A stretch of DNA of 64,000 bases from assembly GCA_002633005.1 (NCBI GenBank), contig NMRA01000959.1:1-64000 (forward strand). Direction: 5' to 3'. Positions 51,946 to 64,000 of the stretch are shown in pieces; the first letter of the stretch is position 1, and each line of letters starts with the position of its first letter. A program made the position numbers and the translations under genes. Under the pieces are notes generated by a model. That model saw nothing but the letters and a program-made list of their open reading frames with translations, did no database searches and was not told the DNA's origin. This DNA is from Phoronis australis (taxonomy: Eukaryota > Animalia > Phoronida).

Positions 51946-54900
51946 GTGTTAATTGTGGTACTATATTGTTCGTTATAATTCAGTTTAAACTGGTAGGCCT
52001 ACTCCGAATATCTAATCTAGCTCTACTTTTTGATGGGATACGGAAATCCTAAGTTATATCACAATGCTCTAACTATTATAGTTCGTAAAATTATTAATTA
52101 TATTTTACCCAGCTAAACAGCGCTAACTACGGTTTAAAATGAACCTTGCTGATATGTGGTTGAAATAACCCTGGCTTGAAAATTACTTCCGGTTTACTAG
52201 CAACTATCGTCAATTCATCTAATTGGATATCCCATTTTACCATCTTGAATATTGTACATTAAAATTACAATTGTCCGAGGAAGGATTTGAACCAACGACT
52301 TCTCAAAGTACATATATAAATGAGTCCAGCATTTTTACCACAAACTTAAAATTTATCTCTTCCAGGTTCTTTTTGTCACAAAAATGTCTCACCAAATCCA
52401 ATGCAATGCTAGTCGTACATGTGACCTACAGCTCGTTGTCCAGCTTAATCTACATGTACAACACAATACGTTTCTTAAATAATTATGGTAACAGCAAATC
52501 TTCAACTCAACACTCCTAAACTAAAATTTCACTGTTATTTCAATTCCCCGCCTTTTTAAGAACAGTTATGTTTCAATTCTAGAGGGTAACAGACATAGTC
52601 CACTTTCAACAATTTTTTTTCGAGCAAATCCAGTCGCCTCAGCAACTCAATCATGGAGTTGCCACATAGAGTAACGTCGTAGGCATGTAGTAATAAAAAG
52701 ACATTTTCAATGCCGTGGTCAAATTGAATACAGCGTGTATCTCTCTCTTTTCCAGTTTCCATTTCAATAGCAAGTTTATTCTTGTACACAGAGACAATAG
52801 TGGACTTAACATGCCGCCCTGTTTGACTCCAGACTTGCACTCAAAAAGTTGGAGTGTTGTTTTAACTTCAGTATTTATTTAAGCATTCACAGCTGAATAC
52901 ACACTCTAAGCTGTTCTCAACAGTGGCCCAACCAAATCTTTTTATGTTAGTATATAGCATAATTGTGTTTTATTTGTCAAATCAAATGCCTTGCTGAAGT
53001 AATTATAAGCACAAAAAATGATGTTGATTTTCGTCTTGATTCGTATTTTCTAACCAAGTTGTTAAGAACAACAAGACCAACTCGGAGTGTTGATTTATGC
53101 GACCACCGTGCAAATTGCGTAAAGTTAGCACGGCTGCAAGCCATTTTATCACGGGCTCGCGATATCCATGCTGCTTAATCTATCACCACTAGTACACGAG
53201 CGCCCTCTAAGTCATTGTAAATTTTCCTAATAGACCCATTGTCGGTCCATTTTAGCATTATAAAGTTTTCACAAAGTAATCTATTAAGTAGAAAGACTTG
53301 AGCCCTTCGAATCGTTATTTGCGGGTAAAATGTCATTTTTTGCTATCGACACTTCGTTCCAACTCCAATTTCTAAGGTCCATCATCGGGTTTGCATGGGT
53401 CACACTGCAGATAATAAGGGAAATGCCAAAAAAGGAACCACAACTGCCGACTCACACCAGCAGACATTAGAATACAATGACATATGAAACGCCTGGCAAA
53501 CTGTGTTTTTGGTAAAAATGTCATAATTGAAAACCGTTATTTCACTAACACGCACCCTAAAGGAACTGAAATGTGTTTGTTTTGTAGTTGAAGACTTTTT
53601 ATTATCATTTAAGTGTGCTGGTTTTGTTGAAATCTGGAACTTCCCTTTTGGAAACACCGGGAACACGCTTGATGCTCCAAAGCTTTCGTTCATCCCGGTA
53701 CTTTTGTACTACTGAATTATCTGTTCTTCCACCATTCCTGTGTAAGGAGCAATGCAAGACTACTTTTGTGTATGGTCTAATTTCTGTACTATGGCGACGT
53801 GTTTAGTACCACCCACGGAAAACAAGTCGCAAACTCGGCTCATAGAAAATCGATGGATACATGTACATGTGGTCGTATCCATTTTTCTTTCCTAATTCAC
53901 TTTGAAATCGACACCTTGCCTGCTCATGGTAGAAAAAGTCGATTTCTAAATCCAACGGAAAACTGGTTTACTACGTATCAAATCTCAAAGGTGTGTAAAA
54001 TCGAATCTTTTTGAATGTATAGCGCAATTTCTGTAAGCACTTACAGTCTTTTTATTCGAGAAGTTCAAATTATACCGCATCAACGATGATTACAGGACAA
54101 AAAGACGCCGCACGAAACGAGAACTAAAGACGTGAGAAACTTAGCCAGTACAATCGTCGTTGAAAAATCATTATTTTAGATGTAAGTGGACGAGCCTAAA
54201 CATGCGCATGTGCGGTAGGCGTCTCATTGAAACTGACGCGTACTGTCTTGTTGCGCTGACATACGTATCAAATGTGAATGAGTGCGTCCCAATGTCTGTT
54301 TTCAGAGATGATCAGATGAAGGAAGTAGGCCATATAGGTCATTTATTGTGACTGAGGAAAAGTGCAGTATAAAAAGTCATAAATTATGCATACGAAATAA
54401 GTAAACTTTGGAATACTGATCGATAAAAACGCTAAAAATAAGACTGTAGAAGCTAGTGCGTCCAGATTAAAAATTACAATGGTTTGTGGCAAAATTTAAT
54501 TTCATTTCGATTATGAAAGATAATCTGAACCTACATCTGGATGGTTTACAAGCACATAACGTTCCACAGGTACTTACAAAGTTCTCGAAAAATGAAATAA
54601 ATGAACAAGAACGTAGATGGAAATAAGGAAGGTAATATATTCTCACAAAATGTTATTTAACTAGCGAAATATAACTTTTGTTCGCCCTGTGACTTACATA
54701 TACATGTACGTTCTATTTCCAGGCATAGATTGGGAGTTGGCGAACAAGAGTATTATCGTGAACGAAGACAAATACACAAAATATTATCCAGCAACGTCAA
54801 CATAGTATCTACACTTGACTTCACTACAAAAAGAAAATAAAGAAAATCCTTAACTTGTTTTGTACTAACTCTTTCAAGTACCATGTCTTACAAGAGGTCC

Positions 54901-55933
54901 ATGGTGCTACTGGCTTAAACAATTTGTTAGTCCATCAACCTACATGTACATTGAGCTCGTTCTGCCATAAATGTGTATGAGAAAAGTAAACACCCTGGTA
55001 TGTTCTACTACAACACAATGCATGCAAGTGACACGTTATCCAGAAGAAGACCAAAGACCCCAATTCCTGATAGGAGTGAATGTCACGATCGAGCAAGTAT
55101 CTAATATGTAAAATAAATTGCATACAACGGAAAAATAATTGTATGGGTACATGTAGCTTAAACATCAACTAGCGATAGCCCAAATTAGATAACTAAGAAT
55201 GCCATACAAACAGTCATTAATCTTCATATCTTTTCGAAAATATCTTTCCAGTGTGTAGCAAAAGCTCAACAAAATTCCGAAGTTACTCATGGATAATTTG
55301 TCAGAATTTTGTAGAAGTTTCCATAGTTAGTTCTTAAAACTAGTCTAAGATTTTGTTAAGTGGAGACTGAAACTGAAGAACAATTTTTTACGACTCCAAA
55401 ACAATTAGATCTTTTCTGCCAGAAATAGAAATCCGTCCTTTCGTGATGGGAAATACCAATTTTCACATTGTGAAAAAGAGAAACACTTTTTGGGAATATT
55501 GACCACTTGATAGTGGCATTGATGACTGTAGCCGTTTACGGCGTAATTGTGGAATGGTTCAACATCCTAAAGTCTTCCATTGGATGGAAACGTTTTTTGC
55601 CGGATCTACTTTGAAAACAGCGACAACTAGATTCTTACAAGGCACGCCAACTAAAATTTAACTGAATGAATATCGCTATTCATTGGTTGTCACCGCACTG
55701 TTAACATCAGTCAAAGGTGAAATTACTACACTGTTCAGCCGTAAAACTGTTCTAGACCTGCAAAGGTCTACGCACACACATGTGCAATTGAACGTATCTC
55801 AGTCGCGCTTCGTTCAAGTACGTTGTATCATGCTCTTTGTCAGAGTCGTGCGTGATTCCGTGCGTGCTGATCGCTCTCAGAAGTCGTTTCCATCTGAACT
55901 GCAAAGCTTGGAATGAACTCAGTACCTGTTAAC

Positions 55934-55947
55934 TCAGTGGTCTACAC
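55934..55947 (-). CDS. Candidate terminal coding exon of the DED gene (GVDH*)
   Basis: Acceptor aattttcag| is phase-1 compatible with the upstream exon and gives G-V-D-H-stop. Alternative acceptors exist nearby. Confidence 0.35.
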
Positions 55948-56276
55948 CTGAAAATTGATCAACTCATATAACAAAGTTGAATTAACATTACACACTAATT
56001 GGCAAACACAGACTTATCATCTAATGGGTACTTGTAATTAGTACGATAACACAGTGTACCAAGCATTGCCAAACATCCATACTTAAAATATATTCACGTG
56101 CATTTCAGCAGGGAATTACAGTCTGACATTACTTCATTTTCAGTAATCAATAAAAAGAGAGGCAATAAGAGTTACTCACAAAAAGCTAACAACCAATAAG
56201 AGAGCAACAACCAAGTACATTCACCCATGTGACAGTTGAGTGTTCATAGAAAACAGGTCAATCTTCAATCCCATAC

Positions 56277-56449
56277 CTAGTGCAACTATTTCGCGTGACA
56301 GTTGTTCCACTCTATCCTTAACTTTGTTCAGATCAAGCAGGCCCAGTGAGTAGATTAACTTGCTGTACTCCCCAACTTTTATAATACCTTGCTCTTCAAG
56401 TTGGTCGAGAAGTTCCCCAGTGTTTGTTATTTTGTCCAGTTTTGCTCGA
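56277..56449 (-). CDS. Death effector domain (DED) protein, exon encoding the C-terminal half of the DED
   Basis: Acceptor ttattttttcag|, donor TAG|gtatgg, 173 nt, phase 2 to 1. RAKLDKITNTGELLDQLEEQGIIKVGEYSKLIYSLGLLDLNKVKDRVEQL fits DED helices 3-6. Confidence 0.8.
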
Positions 56450-56993
56450 CTGAAAAAATAATACATTCACGAATATCTCAATATAAAATTACGGCGGGAT
56501 TCTTAATATATCCTAGAAAAAAATGTACATGGAAGAAGCCTACACGACAAGAGTAGCAGTTATTAAATAATAATTCAATTACCGATGGAGATTCTCATTA
56601 TCTTACCATATCGCACACGGTTCTACTTTAATTTGAGAAACGCAAGCTGATTTTCTATTACCCTGTTACTCTATGTTACATAATAACTCGGGTGGATAAC
56701 TTTGTTATCCGACTTTGCATTGATAAACCTATAGTGTATTATAAAGGTTTGGAGATTTAGTCACCACCATAAATCAAAGCCCGTAGCCTACAGTACATGA
56801 GCATACACAACATATATACAATAAAATACATGAGTAGGCATACGCGCGCACCTAATATTTCAGGCATACACAAGTTCTTGCTCGAATATAGAGGCGTTAT
56901 ACACAAATTTAAGCCACATTTCCAGCACACAGCGATCAGAAATTTAAAAAAAATAAACGACTACCCAACACTTTGGTCTAATATAAGTTAAGG

Positions 56994-57152
56994 CAGCAAC
57001 ATCATTCTCAAAGAGGAACGATAACTTGGTTTGGTTAAATAAAAATAGTCAGGAATATAACTCCTAAAGAGGGACGATCACTTGGCTTGGTCTAATAAAA
57101 ATAGTCAGCAATATTATTCTCAAAAAGGAACTGCCAAATGGCTTGGTCCAAT
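56994..57152. repeat. Degenerate 56 bp tandem repeat, ~2.8 copies (intronic)
   Basis: cttgg.ttggt..aataaaaatagtcag recurs with a 56-bp period. Confidence 0.8.
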
Positions 57153-60100
57153 GTAGTTCTCGAAGCATTGCAGAAACAACATAAACAAACACAGTGAAAT
57201 TCACGAATACTGTCTGAACTCAAAATCTCGAGTTTTCATTCGACGTTTTATCTCTTAATAGGACTCCGTTTGCACAAACCGTGATGAACTTCAGCACCGA
57301 ATTATGAACGATTGCTTCAAGTTCACTAAAGCGGAGAAAATGAGAATGCAACCAAATGACAATTTCGAATTTAATTTCTAGAAGAGTGTTTAAATATCGG
57401 CCAATAAGAACTTCCATAACTTGATCGGGGCGTGTGCACAGTCAAACGGTTTCCCTGCAGTAACGAATAAATTAAGAAAAAAAATGATCATTGATCTGCA
57501 CCCACTGTGTGCTTTGCCTACAGATACCAGAGATGAACTTAATTTGAAACAATCCCACTAAATAGAGCAACGCTAGTTACTTGAAGCTTAATAAGCTCCT
57601 CCAAGCGGCGCAAGGTAACTCTGGAATATTTTGCTCATTAGCAACACACTTGCCATTTATTACGAACCTCAGAACAATTTGGGATAGGGAGACAACACCC
57701 ATAGCACCCAAAAATCCCAAAAAACACTACTAGGGGGCAACACAGGTCTAATTCATCTAGGATACGTGTTGTTATCTACGCAATAGCAGCTTACTAGAAG
57801 AATTTCCGGAACATCCATCAAAGAATATGATATATTTCAAATTATTTTTTTAGAAAAAAAAATCGCAACTTGGCGACTACGCAGTTGTCTAATTTGATCC
57901 AAATTCCAAGTCACTTGTACATCCCCATACTCACTTAAGATGCTTGATGATCTACCAAGGAACTATAATGTTGGATGGCATAACAATAAAAGTGCAATTG
58001 TCACAAGAGGGCGCCACATCAGTCGAAACCAGACTAAAATCATCGCCAGCCACGCAGGTCCAAGAAGAAAAACCTGTGCTAATTTTCATAATCATCTTTA
58101 CAGTGGTCTGTTCAATAGATTAGGAGAGGCCGGAACAGTCTAATGGTAATGAAATTGCCCTCTAGGTGGCATACAACATTTTAAATCCATCTACAAAGGG
58201 TGTTACTGTCTCTTTAATAGAGCTCAGTTTCACACCAATCCGCACACGAACTAGAGAGATGGAAATTAAAAAAAAAAATAAAATAAAATAGGAATCACAA
58301 TGCTAATCAAATTAATCTGGAAATCATTGTCATCCGTCGCGTCGCTCTCCGAAATAAAATAATCAAATTCAATCTTTACAATCACATCAGCCGCAGGCAC
58401 AAACAAACAATCGCTACTGAGGGCCCGTGGAAAGCGTTGGGAACAGATGTTGCAGCCTTGGTTGTCAATATTACTTAATAATAATTATCATAATAATAAT
58501 TATTGCGAGGTGCCACAGTGTTTGGAGCTTCTGAAATCACCGTTAGCTCTGGTCTTCTCAGTAGGAGTGCAGAGGTCAGTTTTTACAATGATCTTTAGAG
58601 AAGAAATGATAACAACAGGTACGCTAATGAGTGGATCAAAAGTTAAGACAAACAACCGTAAGGTGACGCAAAATACGTCCCAAATGAGAAAATGTCATTT
58701 TCTCCAGAATAGGAACCATATGCCAAATTTGACGACGACCATCGGTCTAAGCAGGCTAAAGGAGGAAGGCAAAGGAAACATAATACCAAAAATCATCGTC
58801 AGCCACCAGGTTACCTGAATGAACGTATGTATTCTCATGGTCATCTTGTAAGTGTATGAATATGTCAACCTCGTGTCAATTTGGCCGATCGAGAGGCGGG
58901 TGCCAAAACAGAATAAACACAACGGAAACCGCCACTGTCTAGTTAATGCCGAATACCACTGCATACATCAAATCCTTCCCAGCAATAACAAAAGGCGGCG
59001 CCGTCTTCTTAACAGACACCTATTTCACAAGTTTTATGAAAACTCATTTGAAATTCGGAAGGTCCTAGGGGAAAACCACATAGCTAAACTTGCCATTATG
59101 GGACGAAGGTAATCCTATCCAACCAAAAACTGAGTCATGCCGTCTAAACTACGAGACGGTCATGCCTGGAAGCTTTCACAAACATTCATCCGAATGTTTT
59201 GAAGATTCATGACCTGACGCCGGAGAGTTAGATGCCAGACACGATGGTGGAGTAATGCAATTACATTATTATAAGCATGTGGTTGCAGAAAAAATAAACA
59301 ATAAACCTTAGAAAAATTGGAAGTTCAGAGAAGATTGATTTTCAACTTTCCAATAAAACAAAGGAACTTTAAGCTTTGGTTTATACCATTAAAACAAAAT
59401 ATATATTTTTACAATCTATCATCGAGATACGGGAGAAAAGGTGAAGCAGACCTGTTTAAATAAGACTATTGATAAGCGATAAAACATGAAAGTTTCACTT
59501 TCCAATTTATTAAGAAAAAGTATAACAATAGAGCTCTTGTTGTGAAAAGTCGAAACTCTGTGTCCATGACTGTCGAAATAAAGCATGTTCTAAGTTCAGA
59601 TACACTGTGCATTTGTGAATTGTAAGTTTCTAGTTTAAAACGAAAATTGCTCACATTTTAGTGTAATTCTGTTCTGTGGTATACGCAGCAAATATGTTAA
59701 CAACAGAGAAAAAATGAACGGCTGTTTTGTATTTAAAAACAATTAACTACTGCCAACTATGATAGAACTGTGTTGTTACTGATAACACGGTTTAACTCAT
59801 GGATTGTCTTTGATGTCCTCATCAAGACTAGTTAAAATATAGAAAATATGGGGAAGAATGACAGATGTAATAAATACAAGTGTTAAAAGTATGGAATTTG
59901 TTTTACAACGCTCACTGCTTTGCTTAAGGTTATTTAGAAGACTTGAAACATAGCAAAATTTGGCAAACGCCGAAAATCATATCTCAGAAATGGCTGATAG
60001 GATTCATATTAAACTTTCAAACACAGTATTCGCCAAAATGCTGTTATGAGTGTTTTTTTGAAATTTTTCACTTTCGGATGTGTGGCTATAAAATAGGTCT

Positions 60101-61060
60101 TTTTATAATTTTTCTCGAATCAAAAGTTGGTTGAAACGAAAACGAAACTATAATTTAGAAATATGTAATAGTTAACTTAAGAAAAATTTAACTGTCAATC
60201 CCAGATTTTGTTAACATCGATTAGATTCGACCACCTAATTGACTCTATTTTTTGTTAAGGATGTATTATTTTACTTTCAGAAAGTATTTACACTTGCTAA
60301 AAACTACAGTTTTGTACATAATTGTCTACACACACCGACAAGGCAAAAGGTCCTGCGCAAAATTAAACCCTGTAAGCCCATTGAGTCTGCACAAAACTGG
60401 AACAGGTTCATGAATAGACGATGCCAGAAATGCACGGACGCTTCCTTTTCGGTTTGTCATCTCGAAAAGAAAATTCTAGGTTGTGACATTCAAAGCTAAT
60501 TTGAAAGCTACGTTGTTAATAATATAATTACAATCGGTCATTTCGGTTAAAGCAATGACGAGTATCGATGCGCTTCGCCTGCCTAAAAAATTGGGGGCTC
60601 AATTTTGTGAGAATTTAGACTTTTTATTTCAAAAGGATTCACGGGGGTTAGTTCAGAGCTATGAAGTGTGCATTAAAAATGGCTTTTTAGTGGAATTCTG
60701 TCTATATCTCTCCTTTTGTCGGAGCTTTTGTTTGACTGAGACAGACCTTTTTACCCACTTCGCTAAGTGGTGGCCTCGTTCGCGCCCCCAAATTCCCTTG
60801 GTGCGAGCATGCTGAACAAATTTTACGCTTCTCACAAAAATTGGAGTCCTAATATAAGATAAGTTAACACTTCTCGAAATCTGTATAAATATTCTGTAAT
60901 CGCTGTGGATCCCTTCGGTGTTTTATGACTGAATCCACACCTGATAACCATTTTATTTCAATTTGAAATTAGCCGTTCTGGACAAGCCGAGGCAGGATAA
61001 ACTTTGAAATGTAGCATGATACATGTAGACTCCCAATAACATGCAATGTACAATTCTTAC

Positions 61061-61172
61061 TTAATCCAAGCTTTACACAATCTCTTTAGTCTTCCAAAAT
61101 CTTCTTCAACCACACTGTCAGCAACCACCAGTAGCAGCTGTTGATGAAGTTCTTTTGGGCATGTCCGTAATT
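61061..61172 (-). CDS. DED protein, exon encoding the N-terminal half of the DED (not in the ORF track)
   Basis: Acceptor tttattcgcag|, donor AA|gtaaga, 112 nt, phase 1 to 2. LRTCPKELHQQLLLVVADSVVEEDFGRLKRLCKAWI; the AA+T junction gives Asn in frame with 56277-56449. Confidence 0.8.
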
Positions 61173-63241
61173 CTGCGAATAAATTGACACATTTCTAAGA
61201 TATGTTAACGTATTTTGCCTCTCTTGATATTTTTGAGAATTGGCTACTTATAAACTATGCTAACATTATTTACAGCTGTTTTGAGTAGTTTGCACACGAT
61301 CCAACTCTGTACCATGCACTGATATAGTTATAAACCTTTGATATCATGATATTTAACTCTACAAGGGGTCGCTACACGGCGCCATTTACAGTGCAAGTGT
61401 AAGAAATTGACGGCATTGAAGCATGGATGCAATCCATTGAGCTGAAGATAATTACATGGATGCGTCTAAGACAGTTGTTTGAAGCTTTCAATCAAAATAC
61501 GTCAACCACCTTAAGTGCGTGTCTTTTCCTTAGGCTGTTAGTTTAAGAAATACCTGTGGGATCAATGCCAGTTACAGTAAACCGCTAGATATGCCTTATT
61601 GGTAGCCCTGAATTTTTAGAGTTTGATTTAAAGTCTTTCTCAAGTGTTTATTCCAATGAAACAGTTGAAAATGCAGAACAGTAAATTGCCCAATGCGTGT
61701 ATGCCACATCTTATAATGTTTCCACCCTAAACATACGAAGAGCAACGAGTCCTGAATGGCGGACATAGTGTTTTTGAAACCCTAGTCTACCACCTGAGTG
61801 AATAACCCAGGTTATTTTCTTTTGGTGTTTTTGTTCGACGTTTTGGTTCCTGATTGTTGTTCAAATGTTGATCCGTTTGTTTATACTAGCAGCGCCCTGA
61901 CTCTTCGCAAAGAACAGCATATTTTACATGTAGCTAATCGACCTTCTCTAATTTATTGAAGTGACGTTTTGTTGAAACACACGTTTTTGTTACCATTCAT
62001 TGTGCTCAAAACGAGGTTATAGAGTATAATTAATATAAAACGTTTTTTGCCGGAAATGTGCATACATTACCGTGGCGCCTAACGTTATACAATTACGACT
62101 ACGTCACACTTTTACTTGGTCACTGAAAAGTCACCACTGCACAATAATTCAAGTACTGTGTACTTAGAACCCTGTCCTTATTGGCGAAATTTATAATGAT
62201 ATTTACTTACACATGGATGTAGATTGCTGTTCGCGTAGATACATGTAATTAAAATACGTTGATAACCTCTATTTCATATTTCAGCCCATTAGCAGGCAGT
62301 TTACTGTCTATTACATAGCCGTGTGAGCTGGCAATCCCAAATTGGTTGGATTGTTAGAGCTTGCTGTCAAGAACTGACATGGGATTTGGCGGTAATAAGC
62401 AGTGCGGACCAAAGCAATTGTGGTTCGACGTGTTTCGCAGATAGTGTATAGAACTGCTTCACCATTTTACAGTTTCACGATGTCTTCGTCTTTGAAGCGC
62501 AGGCAGGTGGACCAGGAGGGCGTTCCAGAAACAAAGTCTCAAGTGAAACAAGCAAGCTACATGTACAGCAAGACCTTGAAAAAGCACGAGAGACAAAAGT
62601 GCAAGTGTTTTTGAGGATGCTTGAGATTGTATCCGCTTGTCCAGGTAAAAATTCTATATTTCCACACTTAGGTGACGCGGCAAAAATGATTGTTGCTTAC
62701 TACACGAAGCTTCTTTTATCACCGCAAACGTGGAAGCGACGGTTCCCAAACATGCCAAACCATTACTACGGTGTAGTTTACCCACATCACCTCGTTTTCG
62801 GGCGAAATGGCGAATCCGTGCAAGTAGTGGCGGGCTACATTCAAAGAGAATGGCAGGTGAGATTGAAATACTGTACGTATATAATGCTACAGAATTCACG
62901 ATTTCCATCCCTTAAGTGCACATGTTTTGCAGTGTGTTGGTAGCCTAAGATACACCGGATTGAGTTCCGTAGGAACAACATTTGTTTGCGCTGCCGGCGA
63001 AGAATTTCAGCGTATTGTATTCATTGTTTTATTTGTTAGTTCAGTGATAACCATGTTTCTACTGCAGGTCCGGCTGGTAATCTCCCAAGCATACTTCTGA
63101 AACACTTGACTTTCACTAAAATGACTTTAACAGATCTTCAGGTATCCTGATTTTTGAGAGAAACTGGGCTACAAAACACTTTCCGGGTATACGTCACTAC
63201 GGTGAGTCACATACATGCTATGCAATTGGACTCATTCTTAC

Positions 63242-63296
63242 CAGTTGTATTCGATGTCGTGCGTATAGCAGGTGCCGTTCCGACTGCCGAAACTTC
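63242..63296 (-). CDS. Upstream 55-nt linker exon of the DED gene
   Basis: Strong acceptor ttttatttcgttttag| and donor CTG|gtaaga. EVSAVGTAPAIRTTSNTT ends in phase 1, compatible with the 61172 exon. The gene would continue beyond the window end. Confidence 0.6.
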
Positions 63297-64000
63297 CTAA
63301 AACGAAATAAAATTCAGTGCACAAAATTAGTACAACAACATCTCTTCCAGGTAAATTCCAGGTAAACCGATTGACCTCAATAACACAAGAGCTGGTGAAG
63401 ATGTCAAAAATAATATGAATGAATTTATGCATTTCTGATTCACTGACACTTTCTAAACTTTCCTCGTTGATAATTTATGGTGTTGCTTACTTTCAATATT
63501 GTATTTATGAGTTAAATAAACAACGGGTAGGTCCATATTTGATTTGCTTTGAATTTATTTATTTAAAATATTTTAAAATCACTATTTTTAATTTTCAAAG
63601 AACTGGACAACTCAAAACATTTTAATTTTAGAGCCTCCGTGCTGCCATGCAATAGATTGCAGTGTTGTTTCAAAATGGAGCGATCCCTAGGATTGTATCA
63701 GCATAGATTAAACAATTCGACAGGCATCACGTCATGGCTGATCAAGGTGTTCAAATCACCTGGGTCAGTCAGGATTTTTAAGTCAGGTGTTTTTACGTGA
63801 TATTAAGGCACAATGAAATGAGATCTCAATTGCCTGTGAAAAACTTGCATCGCGTAAAAACGTCGGATTTAACAGATCTTGTATATGTGAGATTTCTATA
63901 GCGAGCCCAAGGAGCAAGGTTGCATAAAGCATGATCAATGATTACGTCGTTTGATCTTTTCTGCAGCCTGGGTCAAATGCTTGCAGATTGTTCCGAATGG

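Noticed and set aside
51273-52052. 259-aa plus-strand ORF
   Set aside because: No recognisable domain or protein-like composition; the opposite strand carries decayed LINE endonuclease motifs.

Overview
AT-rich animal (invertebrate-like) nuclear DNA, mostly introns, intergenic sequence and decayed transposons. It is not prokaryotic, and most ORFs in the supplied track are spurious. Host genes: (i) the first coding exon of a BTB-kelch gene resembling IPP/KLHL27 (26590-26872, minus); (ii) a spliced minus-strand gene whose exons at 61061-61172 and 56277-56449 join in phase to a death effector domain (DED), with further candidate exons at 63242-63296 and 55934-55947. Mobile elements: three decayed non-LTR retrotransposon families, one with a perfect 2A ribosome-skipping motif ahead of its endonuclease; a decayed pogo/Tigger-type transposase with an OTU-like deubiquitinase domain between its DDE core and C-terminal PHD finger (the most unusual item); a Transib-like non-autonomous element with a 5-bp TSD; several MITEs, one enclosing a tRNA-derived sequence; and minisatellites. 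Two single-N joins (32639, 38937) are each followed by a near-identical repeat of upstream sequence, suggesting uncollapsed haplotypes. TACATGTA and related TA-x-TA motifs are strongly over-represented, and several are visibly insertions at TA sites, consistent with DNA-transposon excision footprints. All protein calls are by-eye motif recognition; no database searches were run.
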